A DNA stretch of 64,000 nucleotides. Origin: a virus (Duplodnaviria; Caudoviricetes). The stretch is taken from positions 5,412 to 69,411 of the IMG/VR virus record IMGVR_UViG_3300038673_000315, one strand, 5' to 3'. Shown in pieces: positions 55,869 to 64,000 of the stretch (its first letter is position 1; every line of letters starts with the position of its first letter). Made by a program: the position numbers and the translations under genes. A model generated the notes under the pieces. That model did no database searches, was not told where the DNA came from, and saw only the letters and a list, made by a program, of their open reading frames with translations.

Positions 55869-56753
55869 TATTGCCGCAGTATGCTCATTCAGCACAGTGT
55901 CGTCATACATGTCAAGCGTGACTTGTGCTGAATGATGCCCTAAATATCGAGATACCGCTTTTATGTCTTTTTTCTCATTCGCAATTTTGTGTGTTGCGAA
56001 AAAATGCCGTAACATGTGGGGGTGGACGTCCTCTTTCCCAATCCTGTTTTGAAAATGATCTTTTATGAATTTCCAGAGATTGCGCCGGTCATACGGATGG
56101 CCATTCACAGAATAAAAAAGCAGCGGGTTTTTCTTGTCGGGAAAAACGGCCTCTATTTCCGAAAGTAACGATTTTGAAATGAAAATATATCGCTCTTTCT
56201 GCCCCTTGCCGATAATCCTTATCCGATAATATGCGCTATTGTCGAGGGCTTCCAGATTTTTTCTCTGCATATTTATCAATTCGCTGATACGCATTCCAGT
56301 TTCGGCAAGTGTTTTGATAATAACCATTGTTCTAATCGTTATCGGCTTGTCGCTTTTTTTGGGCTTTGTTGCAGCTTTGATTTCCTTGATTGAGAGCTGA
56401 TTATGTACACCCTTTGCAACCTTGAAGGATATTTTTTGCACGGATCGCAATAATTCAACCGGATTTTGCTGAATTACCCCGGCTTTCTGATATACTGAAA
56501 ACAGTTTCGACAGACTGGCAATTTTTCTATTTATTGTCGCGTTCGTCTGCTTCAAGTTTCGCAAGTGTAGTATGTAATTTGACACATCGGAAACGGTCAC
56601 GCTCTGAAAATCCTTGCCTACAAAAGCAAGAAAAAGTTTCAGGTCTGATTTATATGCAGCCTGTGTTTCTTTGCTTAATGCCGTCCATGATGCTTCAATC
56701 AAATCTGTTGAAATATCTTTTTTCTTTACTGTTTGTATTTCGTTTTTTTTCAT
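55860..56753 (-). CDS. Tyrosine recombinase (XerD/integrase family)
   Basis: TGMRISE, GKGQKER, HMLRH, LGH, YD catalytic residues plus SAM-like N-terminus; likely start MKKNE at 56753. Confidence 0.9.
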   Translation of the reverse strand: MKKNEIQTVKKKDISTDLIEASWTALSKETQAAYKSDLKLFLAFVGKDFQSVTVSDVSNYILHLRNLKQTNATINRKIASLSKLFSVYQKAGVIQQNPVELLRSVQKISFKVAKGVHNQLSIKEIKAATKPKKSDKPITIRTMVIIKTLAETGMRISELINMQRKNLEALDNSAYYRIRIIGKGQKERYIFISKSLLSEIEAVFPDKKNPLLFYSVNGHPYDRRNLWKFIKDHFQNRIGKEDVHPHMLRHFFATHKIANEKKDIKAVSRYLGHHSAQVTLDMYDDTVLNEHTAAISI

Positions 56754-56769
56754 CTTTGCTTGTCCTTTG

Positions 56770-58572
56770 TTAAAACATAAGTTCGCATAAACGGTCTTCG
56801 TCACTTTTTATCTTTAACGGTGGCGGAGTTTCACCGAAAGAGCCAATACTCTTATTTTTTGTTATTTCTTCGTACATTGCTACTTCGGACAATGTACTTT
56901 TGGCAAGAGGATTGCGCTCAAAAGGTGGATCGAAATTATATCCTAATATTTTAGGAAATTTCCCGTTTTGGTCAACTAATATTTGAGATGGATGTAAAAA
57001 CCTATCTTGAAGTTTTACCGCCTCTTCGATTGTTTTTATTGGCTGATCGGGAAACCTTCGCTTTATCCAACTTTCCGCCTTTGCACCTGCAATTCCCGCA
57101 TGTTCAACGCAAATCCATTCAGACACGCGCTCCGTCATGTTGACATAATAGTCAACGCGCATAGTGTCTTGTTTTCCGCCCTTGCCCTTGTGCCTAAAAA
57201 AAACAATATCGACAATATCACACACCTGTGGTTCTTTTTTTGTGGATATTATTTCAAGATTTGACGCCGTGGTGTCGTGATTTATTTCCACTTCTCTTGG
57301 AAATTCAAAGCCGCATTCCGGGCAATCCCTGCATAAAACATGACAAGGCGATTGACATTTTGGGCATATTTTTTGCGGTACTGTTTTTAATTTTTGCTCT
57401 CCATTCCCTGCTGCATAATCGTGAATAATTTCTATTTTGTCAATAGCCCCGTGACGTTCAATATTATGCCCAAAGTCAAGAACAAGAAAATCTTCTTTAT
57501 CTGGATGAAGTCTGAAACCGCGCCCGATTTCCTGAACATAGAGACAGGTTGACATGGTGGAATGAAGCAACACTATGCCGTCAACCGCCTTTTCGTTGAA
57601 ACCCACGGTTAATATTCCAATATTTACAATATATTTTATATTTCCACTTGAAAAATCACGCACAATTTGGTCATTGATTTCGCTTTTTTGTCCAGAGTGT
57701 ATAACGCCGCACGATTGACCATATTTTTTGAGTTCAGCCTCGATGTGATGGCAGTGATCTATTCCCGCACCGAAGATTATCACCTTTTTGCGATTATCCA
57801 TGTATGCAATAATTTCTTTTACTGCGGCCTGTACTTTTTTGTCAACGTCAAAGGCTTTTTGCAGTTCCTCTTGAACAAACTCTTTTTCATCCCCTTTCCC
57901 AACAGTCCTTATATTTGACACGTCAACAGATGCGACACCGCATTTTGATACTGGTGGACAGAGATACCTTTTCCCGTCCCTGTTTTTGGGATGCTGCGGG
58001 TCAATGAGTTCGTCAACTCCCGTTTCGTGACATATTTCGTCAAAAAGCCTTTCCCTACCCTTTGTCAGCAATCCGCCTTTCAGCCTATATCCTGTTGCGG
58101 TAAAGCCGACAATGACAATGTTTGGGTTTATTTGTTTGGCCACTGTCAAAAACTTGTGATATATGCCCATCGTTTTATGTGGCACTCTGTGCGCTTCGTC
58201 AATCAGTATCGCATCGAACGCCCCTATATCATACGGCTTTGAGTATATTGACTGGATTCCGGCAAAAATTACACGCGCATATCTGTCACGCTGGTTCAAT
58301 CCGGCTGAATATATTCCCGCGACAGAGCTGTGCATTGTCGTGTTGTCGAGAAATTCCGCATGGTTTTGTCCGATAAGATATTTTTGGTGTGTGAGGACAA
58401 GAACGCGAGTTTCGGGAGTTTTCAATATTTCTTCAACAATATTTGCAATGACAAGACTTTTTCCACTTCCCGTTGGAAGTATTGCCAACGGGTTTTTGCC
58501 GGGCTTTGTTGCGGTAAAATGAAGTATCGCATCAAAGCAGTCTTTTTGATAGTATCGCGGTATAAATTTCAT
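56770..58572 (-). CDS. SF2 DEAH helicase (RadD/YejH-like) with zinc finger
   Basis: PTGSGKS, DEAH, TAT, QEIGRGFR, CPKC..CPEC. Confidence 0.9.
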   Translation of the reverse strand: MKFIPRYYQKDCFDAILHFTATKPGKNPLAILPTGSGKSLVIANIVEEILKTPETRVLVLTHQKYLIGQNHAEFLDNTTMHSSVAGIYSAGLNQRDRYARVIFAGIQSIYSKPYDIGAFDAILIDEAHRVPHKTMGIYHKFLTVAKQINPNIVIVGFTATGYRLKGGLLTKGRERLFDEICHETGVDELIDPQHPKNRDGKRYLCPPVSKCGVASVDVSNIRTVGKGDEKEFVQEELQKAFDVDKKVQAAVKEIIAYMDNRKKVIIFGAGIDHCHHIEAELKKYGQSCGVIHSGQKSEINDQIVRDFSSGNIKYIVNIGILTVGFNEKAVDGIVLLHSTMSTCLYVQEIGRGFRLHPDKEDFLVLDFGHNIERHGAIDKIEIIHDYAAGNGEQKLKTVPQKICPKCQSPCHVLCRDCPECGFEFPREVEINHDTTASNLEIISTKKEPQVCDIVDIVFFRHKGKGGKQDTMRVDYYVNMTERVSEWICVEHAGIAGAKAESWIKRRFPDQPIKTIEEAVKLQDRFLHPSQILVDQNGKFPKILGYNFDPPFERNPLAKSTLSEVAMYEEITKNKSIGSFGETPPPLKIKSDEDRLCELMF

Positions 58573-58575
58573 CGG

Positions 58576-59886
58576 TCACGCCTCTTTGCAATGTTTTTCG
58601 ATTGATTTTGACAATGCGCGAAACTGTTTATCCTTCTGCATTATAACTTCGTGCATGTCGAAAGAACCAACGTGCGCACCTTCAACGCTCAAACCGTCCA
58701 GAGTTCGCGCTCGTGATACCGCAACATACCCCTGATTTTTTTCAAAGATATTTGCAAGATTCATGTGGACATAATCAAAAGAACAACCCTGCGACTTGTG
58801 TATTGTTACCGCCCACGCCCACCGCAATGGAAGCTGAACAATTCTTGCCGATACCTTGTCTTTTCCGTTTTCATCGAGTTCTTTCCTCTCCCACTTGTGC
58901 GACGTAACATGGACGATTTTTCCAGTACCGTAAATTTTTACAACCGGGATTGGTGGTTCATCATCGTTTTCGCCTGTGTGGTGAAATTCAACGACTTCAC
59001 CCATTGTGCCATTGTAATAATCGCCGGTTTGGTGGTTGTTGACCGTAAACATGACCTTTGTGCCGACACGCAATGCAAGGTTTTCAGGGGAAAGGCAGTT
59101 TTTTTTCATGGCGTCAACAAGTGTCTGATGTCCGAAACACTGCATAAAATAGGTGAAAATAGGCGTCTGGAGGGCATAGAAAGCCACTAAATTGTGAGCG
59201 TCAACTTTTTTGTTGGTTGAAAAGAGTTTTGTGCCATACAGGTCAATCTGTGAAGTGTTTCTGGGTGACAAAAGGACACTTATGTCATTTTGGGTCAATT
59301 CTCCCGCCCGCATACGGTTTAGGATGCCAATTAAGACCTGATCCCCGGCTTGACGGTAGTTTTTTTCCAAATAGCAGACCGCAAAGTCTGCCCCCTGCCA
59401 TGATGGAGCGTTAAATGCAAAGTCCGCAGATTCCTGAGAAATGCGATCCGCAACAGGCGGTAGCTGAAAGAAGTCTCCGCAGACAATAACCTGTATTCCG
59501 CCGAACGGCTGGCTTTTCCCGCGAACGAACCGACACACTTCGTCGACATTATCAAGCGTATTGGCGGAAAGCATTGATATTTCGTCAATAATAAGCAGGT
59601 CTGTTTTGACGATCTTTGCGCTTGAAAATCTGTTGTTTTTGACTTTGAAAAGGTCTTCTGTGGTTAATTTTGTCTTTATACCGATACCAGACCATGAGTG
59701 TATTGTTGTGCCGCCAATATGCGTTCCGGCGATTCCTGTTGACGCCGTGCGTGATACCCTGATATTGCGCCTTTCTGCGTCTTCAATGATTTTCCCCAAC
59801 AGATAACTTTTTCCTGTCCCGGCCTGACCTGTGAGAAAAATATTTTTCCCTTGCAGGTAAATTTGAAATGCTTGTTCTTGTGTCAT
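58576..59886 (-). CDS. PIF1-family helicase
   Basis: GQAGTGKS, IDEISM, GDFFQLPPV, RQ, WAVTIHKSQG, YVAVSR. Confidence 0.92.
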   Translation of the reverse strand: MTQEQAFQIYLQGKNIFLTGQAGTGKSYLLGKIIEDAERRNIRVSRTASTGIAGTHIGGTTIHSWSGIGIKTKLTTEDLFKVKNNRFSSAKIVKTDLLIIDEISMLSANTLDNVDEVCRFVRGKSQPFGGIQVIVCGDFFQLPPVADRISQESADFAFNAPSWQGADFAVCYLEKNYRQAGDQVLIGILNRMRAGELTQNDISVLLSPRNTSQIDLYGTKLFSTNKKVDAHNLVAFYALQTPIFTYFMQCFGHQTLVDAMKKNCLSPENLALRVGTKVMFTVNNHQTGDYYNGTMGEVVEFHHTGENDDEPPIPVVKIYGTGKIVHVTSHKWERKELDENGKDKVSARIVQLPLRWAWAVTIHKSQGCSFDYVHMNLANIFEKNQGYVAVSRARTLDGLSVEGAHVGSFDMHEVIMQKDKQFRALSKSIEKHCKEA

Positions 59887-59915
59887 TGTTGTTTTTTCCT
59901 TTCCCTTTTATTTTT

Positions 59916-60092
59916 TCAGCCTTGCCAATGTTCACACTTCTCTTCAACGCATTCATCTCCGTGCTGGCAATGGAAGCATGGGTCATAACACGCCGCGTCT
60001 TCTGGTGGATTGCCGTTAAAACCGCCCTTTCGACAATCCCCAGCATCGTCACCACTTCCCGTTATTTCATACCGACAATTACAATAGCACAT
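59916..60092 (-). CDS. Small Cys-rich protein (58 aa)
   Basis: Hand-translated MCYCNCRYE...CYDPCFHCQHGDECVEEKCEHWQG*; not in the track. Confidence 0.5.
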   Translation of the reverse strand: MCYCNCRYEITGSGDDAGDCRKGGFNGNPPEDAACYDPCFHCQHGDECVEEKCEHWQG

Positions 60093-60110
60093 ATTCGATA
60101 CCCCAAATTG

Positions 60111-61397
60111 TTAATATTCAAGACCTGCGCGTTTCTGGGAAATTTCCCCGGGCAGATTTTGCTGTTCTGTTTGCGATTCGTCTTTCTTGATTGCCTTCTT
60201 TTTTGCCGTCTTTTTTTCAACAACTTCATCGGAAATATCGGTCTTTGTTTCATCCCAAGCCTTGACGCCTTTCAGTTCAATTTCCCCAGAAAACCCCTGC
60301 TGTATTTGCGCCACTGTATCGCTGGCAAGGTTGCGGACGTTCTTTATTTTTTCATAAAGTTCTGAAGATGTGAAAAGCGTTTTTATTTCTTTACCGTTCC
60401 AGCTTGTGCGATCCGGCAATGATGTTTTTGTGGTATTGGCAAACACAACCCCTGATTCGTTTTCATAAAGAACAAAGTCTTCAAAAACTTCAATGGTCTT
60501 GATTGCGCTTAAAAGCTGCGGCAAGAAAAGATGGTTGTCGCATGATGTATCAAGAGCCATTTTGTCGAGCGGCTCATTTCTTTTCTGGCACATAAATTCA
60601 CCATTCATTACCGGCTGCCGATAAAGACATGTTTTGCATGATACCAGCGGAATATCTGCATGATGACAGATGCGGGAATAATCACAGAAGCGACACTTGA
60701 AACTTTCCGGCTTGTCTGCGATCCGGTTCGGGATGGTATTTGAAAAGATGATGTTTCCTGCGATTTCTTCCCACTGGTGGGCTATTGTGTCATTTGCATT
60801 CGTCCGGCACGATGTCCACCGCCTGCCGCCCGGAGTGCTGACCGTGAGATAATGTCTTGGTACTGCCTGCTTCATACAATACATCATTCCCTGAATGTAA
60901 TATTTGAAGTCCCATTCGCGAAAGGCGTTTTTTTCGCCTACGCTGTCTTTGAGCTTTTCGAGTTCGTCAAATTTCTTGTCATTGACGCATTTATGCTCCC
61001 AGACGTGCCATGTCGCCGGGGCTTCAAGGATTCCCTTAATCATCCCATCGAGATACCCTTTAAGGTGTCCTGCGCAACCTTCGCAGGCAATCTGTTGTGT
61101 GGGGTTTTGTGGGTCACGGTCGAAAAGCTGAATGAACGGCATGAGCTTCAAGTACCCTGCCATTTCAGCCTCTTGATGGTGGCCGTCCTGAAAGATGCGG
61201 AGTGTCTGTGCCGAAAAATTCGGCTTCAAGACACCCCGAAAGGCGTAAAATATCGAGCGTTCGCACTCCGAGCCGAGAACGCCCATTCCCAAGCGGTATG
61301 ATGGCCGCTTGTTCGCCCTGTTCCGGGCTTCAATTTCCGCCTCTATGGCGGAAATGGTTTGATTTACTGCCGTATAGGACAGTGTTTCGTTTTCCAT
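60111..61397 (-). CDS. Cas4-like / PD-(D/E)xK exonuclease
   Basis: CERSIFY, GHHQE, YLDG, EHK, Q..Y, CRFCDY..C Fe-S cluster pattern. Confidence 0.85.
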   Translation of the reverse strand: MENETLSYTAVNQTISAIEAEIEARNRANKRPSYRLGMGVLGSECERSIFYAFRGVLKPNFSAQTLRIFQDGHHQEAEMAGYLKLMPFIQLFDRDPQNPTQQIACEGCAGHLKGYLDGMIKGILEAPATWHVWEHKCVNDKKFDELEKLKDSVGEKNAFREWDFKYYIQGMMYCMKQAVPRHYLTVSTPGGRRWTSCRTNANDTIAHQWEEIAGNIIFSNTIPNRIADKPESFKCRFCDYSRICHHADIPLVSCKTCLYRQPVMNGEFMCQKRNEPLDKMALDTSCDNHLFLPQLLSAIKTIEVFEDFVLYENESGVVFANTTKTSLPDRTSWNGKEIKTLFTSSELYEKIKNVRNLASDTVAQIQQGFSGEIELKGVKAWDETKTDISDEVVEKKTAKKKAIKKDESQTEQQNLPGEISQKRAGLEY

Positions 61398-61436
61398 TGT
61401 TTTTCATCCTTTGGGTAAAATTTGAGCGACTGTCAG

Positions 61437-61463
61437 TGTGACAAAAGACTTTCGTTATGTCAA
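61437..61463. promoter_or_regulatory. Inverted-repeat operator TGTGACAAAAG-N-TTATGTCA, copy 2 (includes minus-strand TTGACA)
   Basis: Matches 51201-51226. Confidence 0.5.
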
Positions 61464-61572
61464 CTGCAATTTATTTTCTAAAATTTTCTAAGATTTTAGA
61501 AAAAACGATTGACGTATTGAGGCAATGCACCCCAAAGATGGATAAGGCAAAACACGAAGGAGGTGTTTACAC

Positions 61573-61770
61573 ATGAGCAAAAAGCCCGCGATCACAGACA
61601 ATCGCGGGGTGATTTCCTTTCAGGATGACAACTGCAAGGAAATTGACCGCATCATTGCGGATTTCGGATTTCGGAATAAATCCGAAATATACCGCAAAGC
61701 GTTCCAGAAAGGCTGGCCGATTCTATTAAGGGAATTGGCAGCCGAAAACAAAAAAAGGAGTAAGCGATGA
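61573..61770 (+). CDS. Ribbon-helix-helix regulator
   Basis: VISFQ...IDRIIADFGFRNKSEIYRKA; GGAGG SD. Confidence 0.7.
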   Translation: MSKKPAITDNRGVISFQDDNCKEIDRIIADFGFRNKSEIYRKAFQKGWPILLRELAAENKKRSKR

Positions 61771-62162
61771 CGCCTGAAGAGAAAAAAGAGCTGGTCAAAA
61801 AGTATTTCGCTGCAAAGGCGAAAGAGGATAAGGCCAAAAAAGAGCGTAAGGAGATTGAAGAGATTTTTCAATCTGAATACGCGCCCGAAGTCCCTGAAGG
61901 TCAAAAGTCAAAGACCTTTGAAGAGGACACTTTCAAGATTGTCTGCAAAAAGGCAGACAAAACACTGGTGCTGGATGAAAAGATGTATCTTTTAATCCGG
62001 CAAAATATCCCGGCAGAGCAAAGACCTGAAAAGGTCAAGTTTTCGCTTGACGTTGAAGGGTATGAATGGTTGAAGAAAAACAACTATGAAGCATACCGGA
62101 CGGTCAGCGAATGCGTGTCTGAAAAAGACACTGCCCCAAGCATCACAATCACGAAAAAGTGA
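61767..62162 (+). CDS. Phage replication-module protein (function unknown)
   Basis: Ends APSITIT, typical of the small gene preceding Sak4-like ATPases. Confidence 0.55.
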   Translation: MTPEEKKELVKKYFAAKAKEDKAKKERKEIEEIFQSEYAPEVPEGQKSKTFEEDTFKIVCKKADKTLVLDEKMYLLIRQNIPAEQRPEKVKFSLDVEGYEWLKKNNYEAYRTVSECVSEKDTAPSITITKK

Positions 62163-62170
62163 GGTAAAAA

Positions 62171-63016
62171 ATGGCATTTGATCCGACAACTATCATTGAC
62201 GGAGTGCAGCCGAAGTCCCGGAAAATGGTTCTTTACGGCACTCCCAAACTTGGGAAAAGTACACTGGCCAGTATGGCCAAAAACTCGTTCCTTATTCCCA
62301 CCGAAGACCGGGTTGCGCACATTGACTGCAAAAAAAGCCCGATCTGCCATACTTATGCTGAGGTTTTCGATGTTATGGTTTGGCTTCTTGAAAACAAGGC
62401 CAATCATAATTTCCGCCGCATCATAATTGACAGTCTTGACTGGCTGGAACCAATGCTGCATCAATATGTCCTCGAAAAACTTCAAGCCAATGGCAGCAAG
62501 GCTAAAACTCTGACCGATGACAACTCAAAAGACACCGCATTTTTCAAGGGTCTGCAATTTCACGCCGTTAATGGCTGGAAGTCATTCCTTAAAAATTGCG
62601 ACCTGTTATGTGCCGCTGGTTTCGATGTGATTCTTGTCGCGCATGACCGCATTATCAAGGTCGATCCGCCAACGGGCGAAAAGTCTTATGATATGCACGT
62701 TATGAAGATAGACAAGTATTCTCTGCCGGTCATTGAAGAATGGGCTGACATTATCGCGTTCTACGATCAGCGTGTTTACGTTATCCCGGAAAACGAAAAG
62801 AGTAAGAAGGGTAAGGCGACAGCCGCATCCGATAAGCGTTCGCTTTATCTTTCCGGAGAAAGCCCGGCCATGATGTCAGGGAACAGTTTCGGCCTTCCAG
62901 ATGTCGATGTGTCGCTTGAAGAGTGTCAGGAAGTAATGGAATGGGTATTGACCGCAAACATGAACCCTGAAAAGAAAAAAGAAATTGAAGTAAGCAAAAA
63001 GAAAAAGGGAGAATAA
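62171..63016 (+). CDS. AAA_24 / Sak4-like ATPase
   Basis: LYGTPKLGKST, IIIDSLDWLE, ILVAH, EWADII. Confidence 0.85.
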   Translation: MAFDPTTIIDGVQPKSRKMVLYGTPKLGKSTLASMAKNSFLIPTEDRVAHIDCKKSPICHTYAEVFDVMVWLLENKANHNFRRIIIDSLDWLEPMLHQYVLEKLQANGSKAKTLTDDNSKDTAFFKGLQFHAVNGWKSFLKNCDLLCAAGFDVILVAHDRIIKVDPPTGEKSYDMHVMKIDKYSLPVIEEWADIIAFYDQRVYVIPENEKSKKGKATAASDKRSLYLSGESPAMMSGNSFGLPDVDVSLEECQEVMEWVLTANMNPEKKKEIEVSKKKKGE

Positions 63017-63020
63017 AAGC

Positions 63021-63542
63021 ATGGAAATGAACACAATGCAAAATGAAACACTGAGCTTTGAAGCCAACTTTGAAGATACTGAGTTTGGATTTAAGTGTCC
63101 CCCTGCCGGAGACTATGCGTGTGCAATTACCAACGCAACATACGCGCCGACCAAAGATGGAAATGGAAAACTCCTGACCATTGAATACACCATTATCGAA
63201 GGTTCGCAGCAGGGACAGAAAATCTATGACAGATTGTGTTTAGTGCATGAAAAACCATCGACTCAAAAAATGTCAATCAGCAGGTTCAATGCAGTCCTGA
63301 AGGCAATCGGTGTTCGCGGATTCAAGCATCAAAATGAGCTGCTGAATAAAACGCTGCGCATTAAAACCCGTGTTGCAAAAAGTAAGGATGAGCGTTATGG
63401 CGATCAGGCGGTCATTGACGAATATATCCCGATGAATGCGGGCGGATTTCAGCAGCAGGTCGCACAAAATGTTCAGCAGCCGTCACAACCGACAACTGGA
63501 GTTCAGGGCAACCAGCCGTGGCAACAGAAAATGGGCATGTGA
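63021..63542 (+). CDS. DUF669-family single-stranded DNA-binding protein
   Basis: PAGDYACAI...GKLLTIEYTIIEG.QQGQKIYDRL; Gln-rich tail. Confidence 0.8.
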   Translation: MEMNTMQNETLSFEANFEDTEFGFKCPPAGDYACAITNATYAPTKDGNGKLLTIEYTIIEGSQQGQKIYDRLCLVHEKPSTQKMSISRFNAVLKAIGVRGFKHQNELLNKTLRIKTRVAKSKDERYGDQAVIDEYIPMNAGGFQQQVAQNVQQPSQPTTGVQGNQPWQQKMGM

Positions 63543-63667
63543 TATGAAACTTTTCGGAAAACCGATGACAGCCGGGAAAGACCGGCTTTTATTATCTGGA
63601 GAGTTTATATGTTGAAAAAATACAGAATAACCATTAGCGGAAGTTGAAGAAGTTGTCATAAAGAAGG

Positions 63668-63700
63668 CAAAAACCCCGGATGATTAATCCGGGGTTTTTT
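63668..63700. terminator. Bidirectional terminator
   Basis: aaaaaccccggat-gatta-atccggggtttttt. Confidence 0.8.
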
Positions 63701-63705
63701 GGTTG

Positions 63706-64000
63706 TTAGAATTTTACAGATGGAATTAGCGACATGATAATCCGGTTGCCCGTGCCACCGCTTGCCACTGCAACCCAATTACCAAGACCATCAGAGGCAA
63801 CACTGATCCAAACCCTATCATCAAACCCGGATATTGGTGTCCATGTCGCGCCGTTATTTGTTGACCGGATAATCCGGTTGCCCGTGCCACCGTTTGCCAC
63901 TGCAACCCAATTACCAAGACCATCAGAGGCAACACTGTACCAATTCCTATCATCAAACCCGGATATTGGTGTCCATGTCGCGCCGTTATTTGTTGACCGG
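63706..64000 (-). CDS. 3' end of a repeat (BNR/beta-propeller-like) protein, possibly fibre/receptor-binding
   Basis: RSTNNGATW (SxDxGxTW-like) 44-aa repeats, open past 64000; ends ...NRIIMSLIPSVKF*. Confidence 0.65.
   Translation of the reverse strand, partial: RSTNNGATWTPISGFDDRNWYSVASDGLGNWVAVANGGTGNRIIRSTNNGATWTPISGFDDRVWISVASDGLGNWVAVASGGTGNRIIMSLIPSVKF
63736..63999 (-). repeat. Two tandem 132-bp repeats, 127/132 identical
   Basis: Copies at 63736-63867 and 63868-63999; the array may continue past the window edge. Confidence 0.95.

Noticed and set aside
60111-61397. Cas4-like gene as evidence of a CRISPR-Cas system
   Set aside because: No array, cas1 or cas2; the context is a standard phage exonuclease-Sak4-SSB recombination module.
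63736-63999. 132-bp repeats as CRISPR or non-coding array
   Set aside because: No spacers; the unit is 44 codons in one open frame.
1-64000. Reverse transcriptase, IS transposase, rRNA or prophage att boundaries
   Set aside because: No YxDD-type RT, DDE transposase, rRNA or host genes recognised in the window.

Overview
The whole 64 kb window is phage DNA; no host housekeeping genes are recognisable. It is most of the genome of a contractile-tailed phage or prophage. A long leftward late operon (about 44.5 kb to 1) encodes terminase, portal, fibre/decoration genes, two lysis cassettes, head morphogenesis, several large capsid-internal 'polyvalent' proteins (a DarB-like methyltransferase-SNF2 helicase and a metallopeptidase-HAD-pyrophosphatase fusion), prohead protease, scaffold, an SPO1/Twort-type major capsid protein, neck, sheath, tube, chaperones, tape measure and baseplate. 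An AT-rich control/origin region lies at 45.5-47.2 kb. An early/replication region (47.9-63.5 kb) carries a primase-polymerase, two helicases, a Cas4-like exonuclease, a Sak4-like ATPase, an SSB, a tyrosine recombinase, nucleotide-modification-associated domains and a pentapeptide-repeat protein. The window ends in the 3' end of a leftward gene built of 132-bp repeats, possibly the fibre gene reached if the genome is circular. An outer-membrane phospholipase A suggests a diderm host; the taxon cannot be determined. The most notable signals are: (1) OMPLA inside a holin-endolysin cassette, N-terminally fused to an NrdD-like peptide and followed by a UGA-interrupted ORF; (2) adenine-centred, non-synonymous-only differences between the terminal 132-bp repeats (DGR-like); (3) a shared modular tag on three internal head proteins; (4) a copy of the capsid N-terminal arm on the protease C-terminus; (5) an anticodon-less tRNA-like RNA and a promoter/terminator-bounded sRNA; and (6) several centrally deleted or homopolymer-frameshifted genes. 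All product calls come from motif recognition by eye; no database searches were run.
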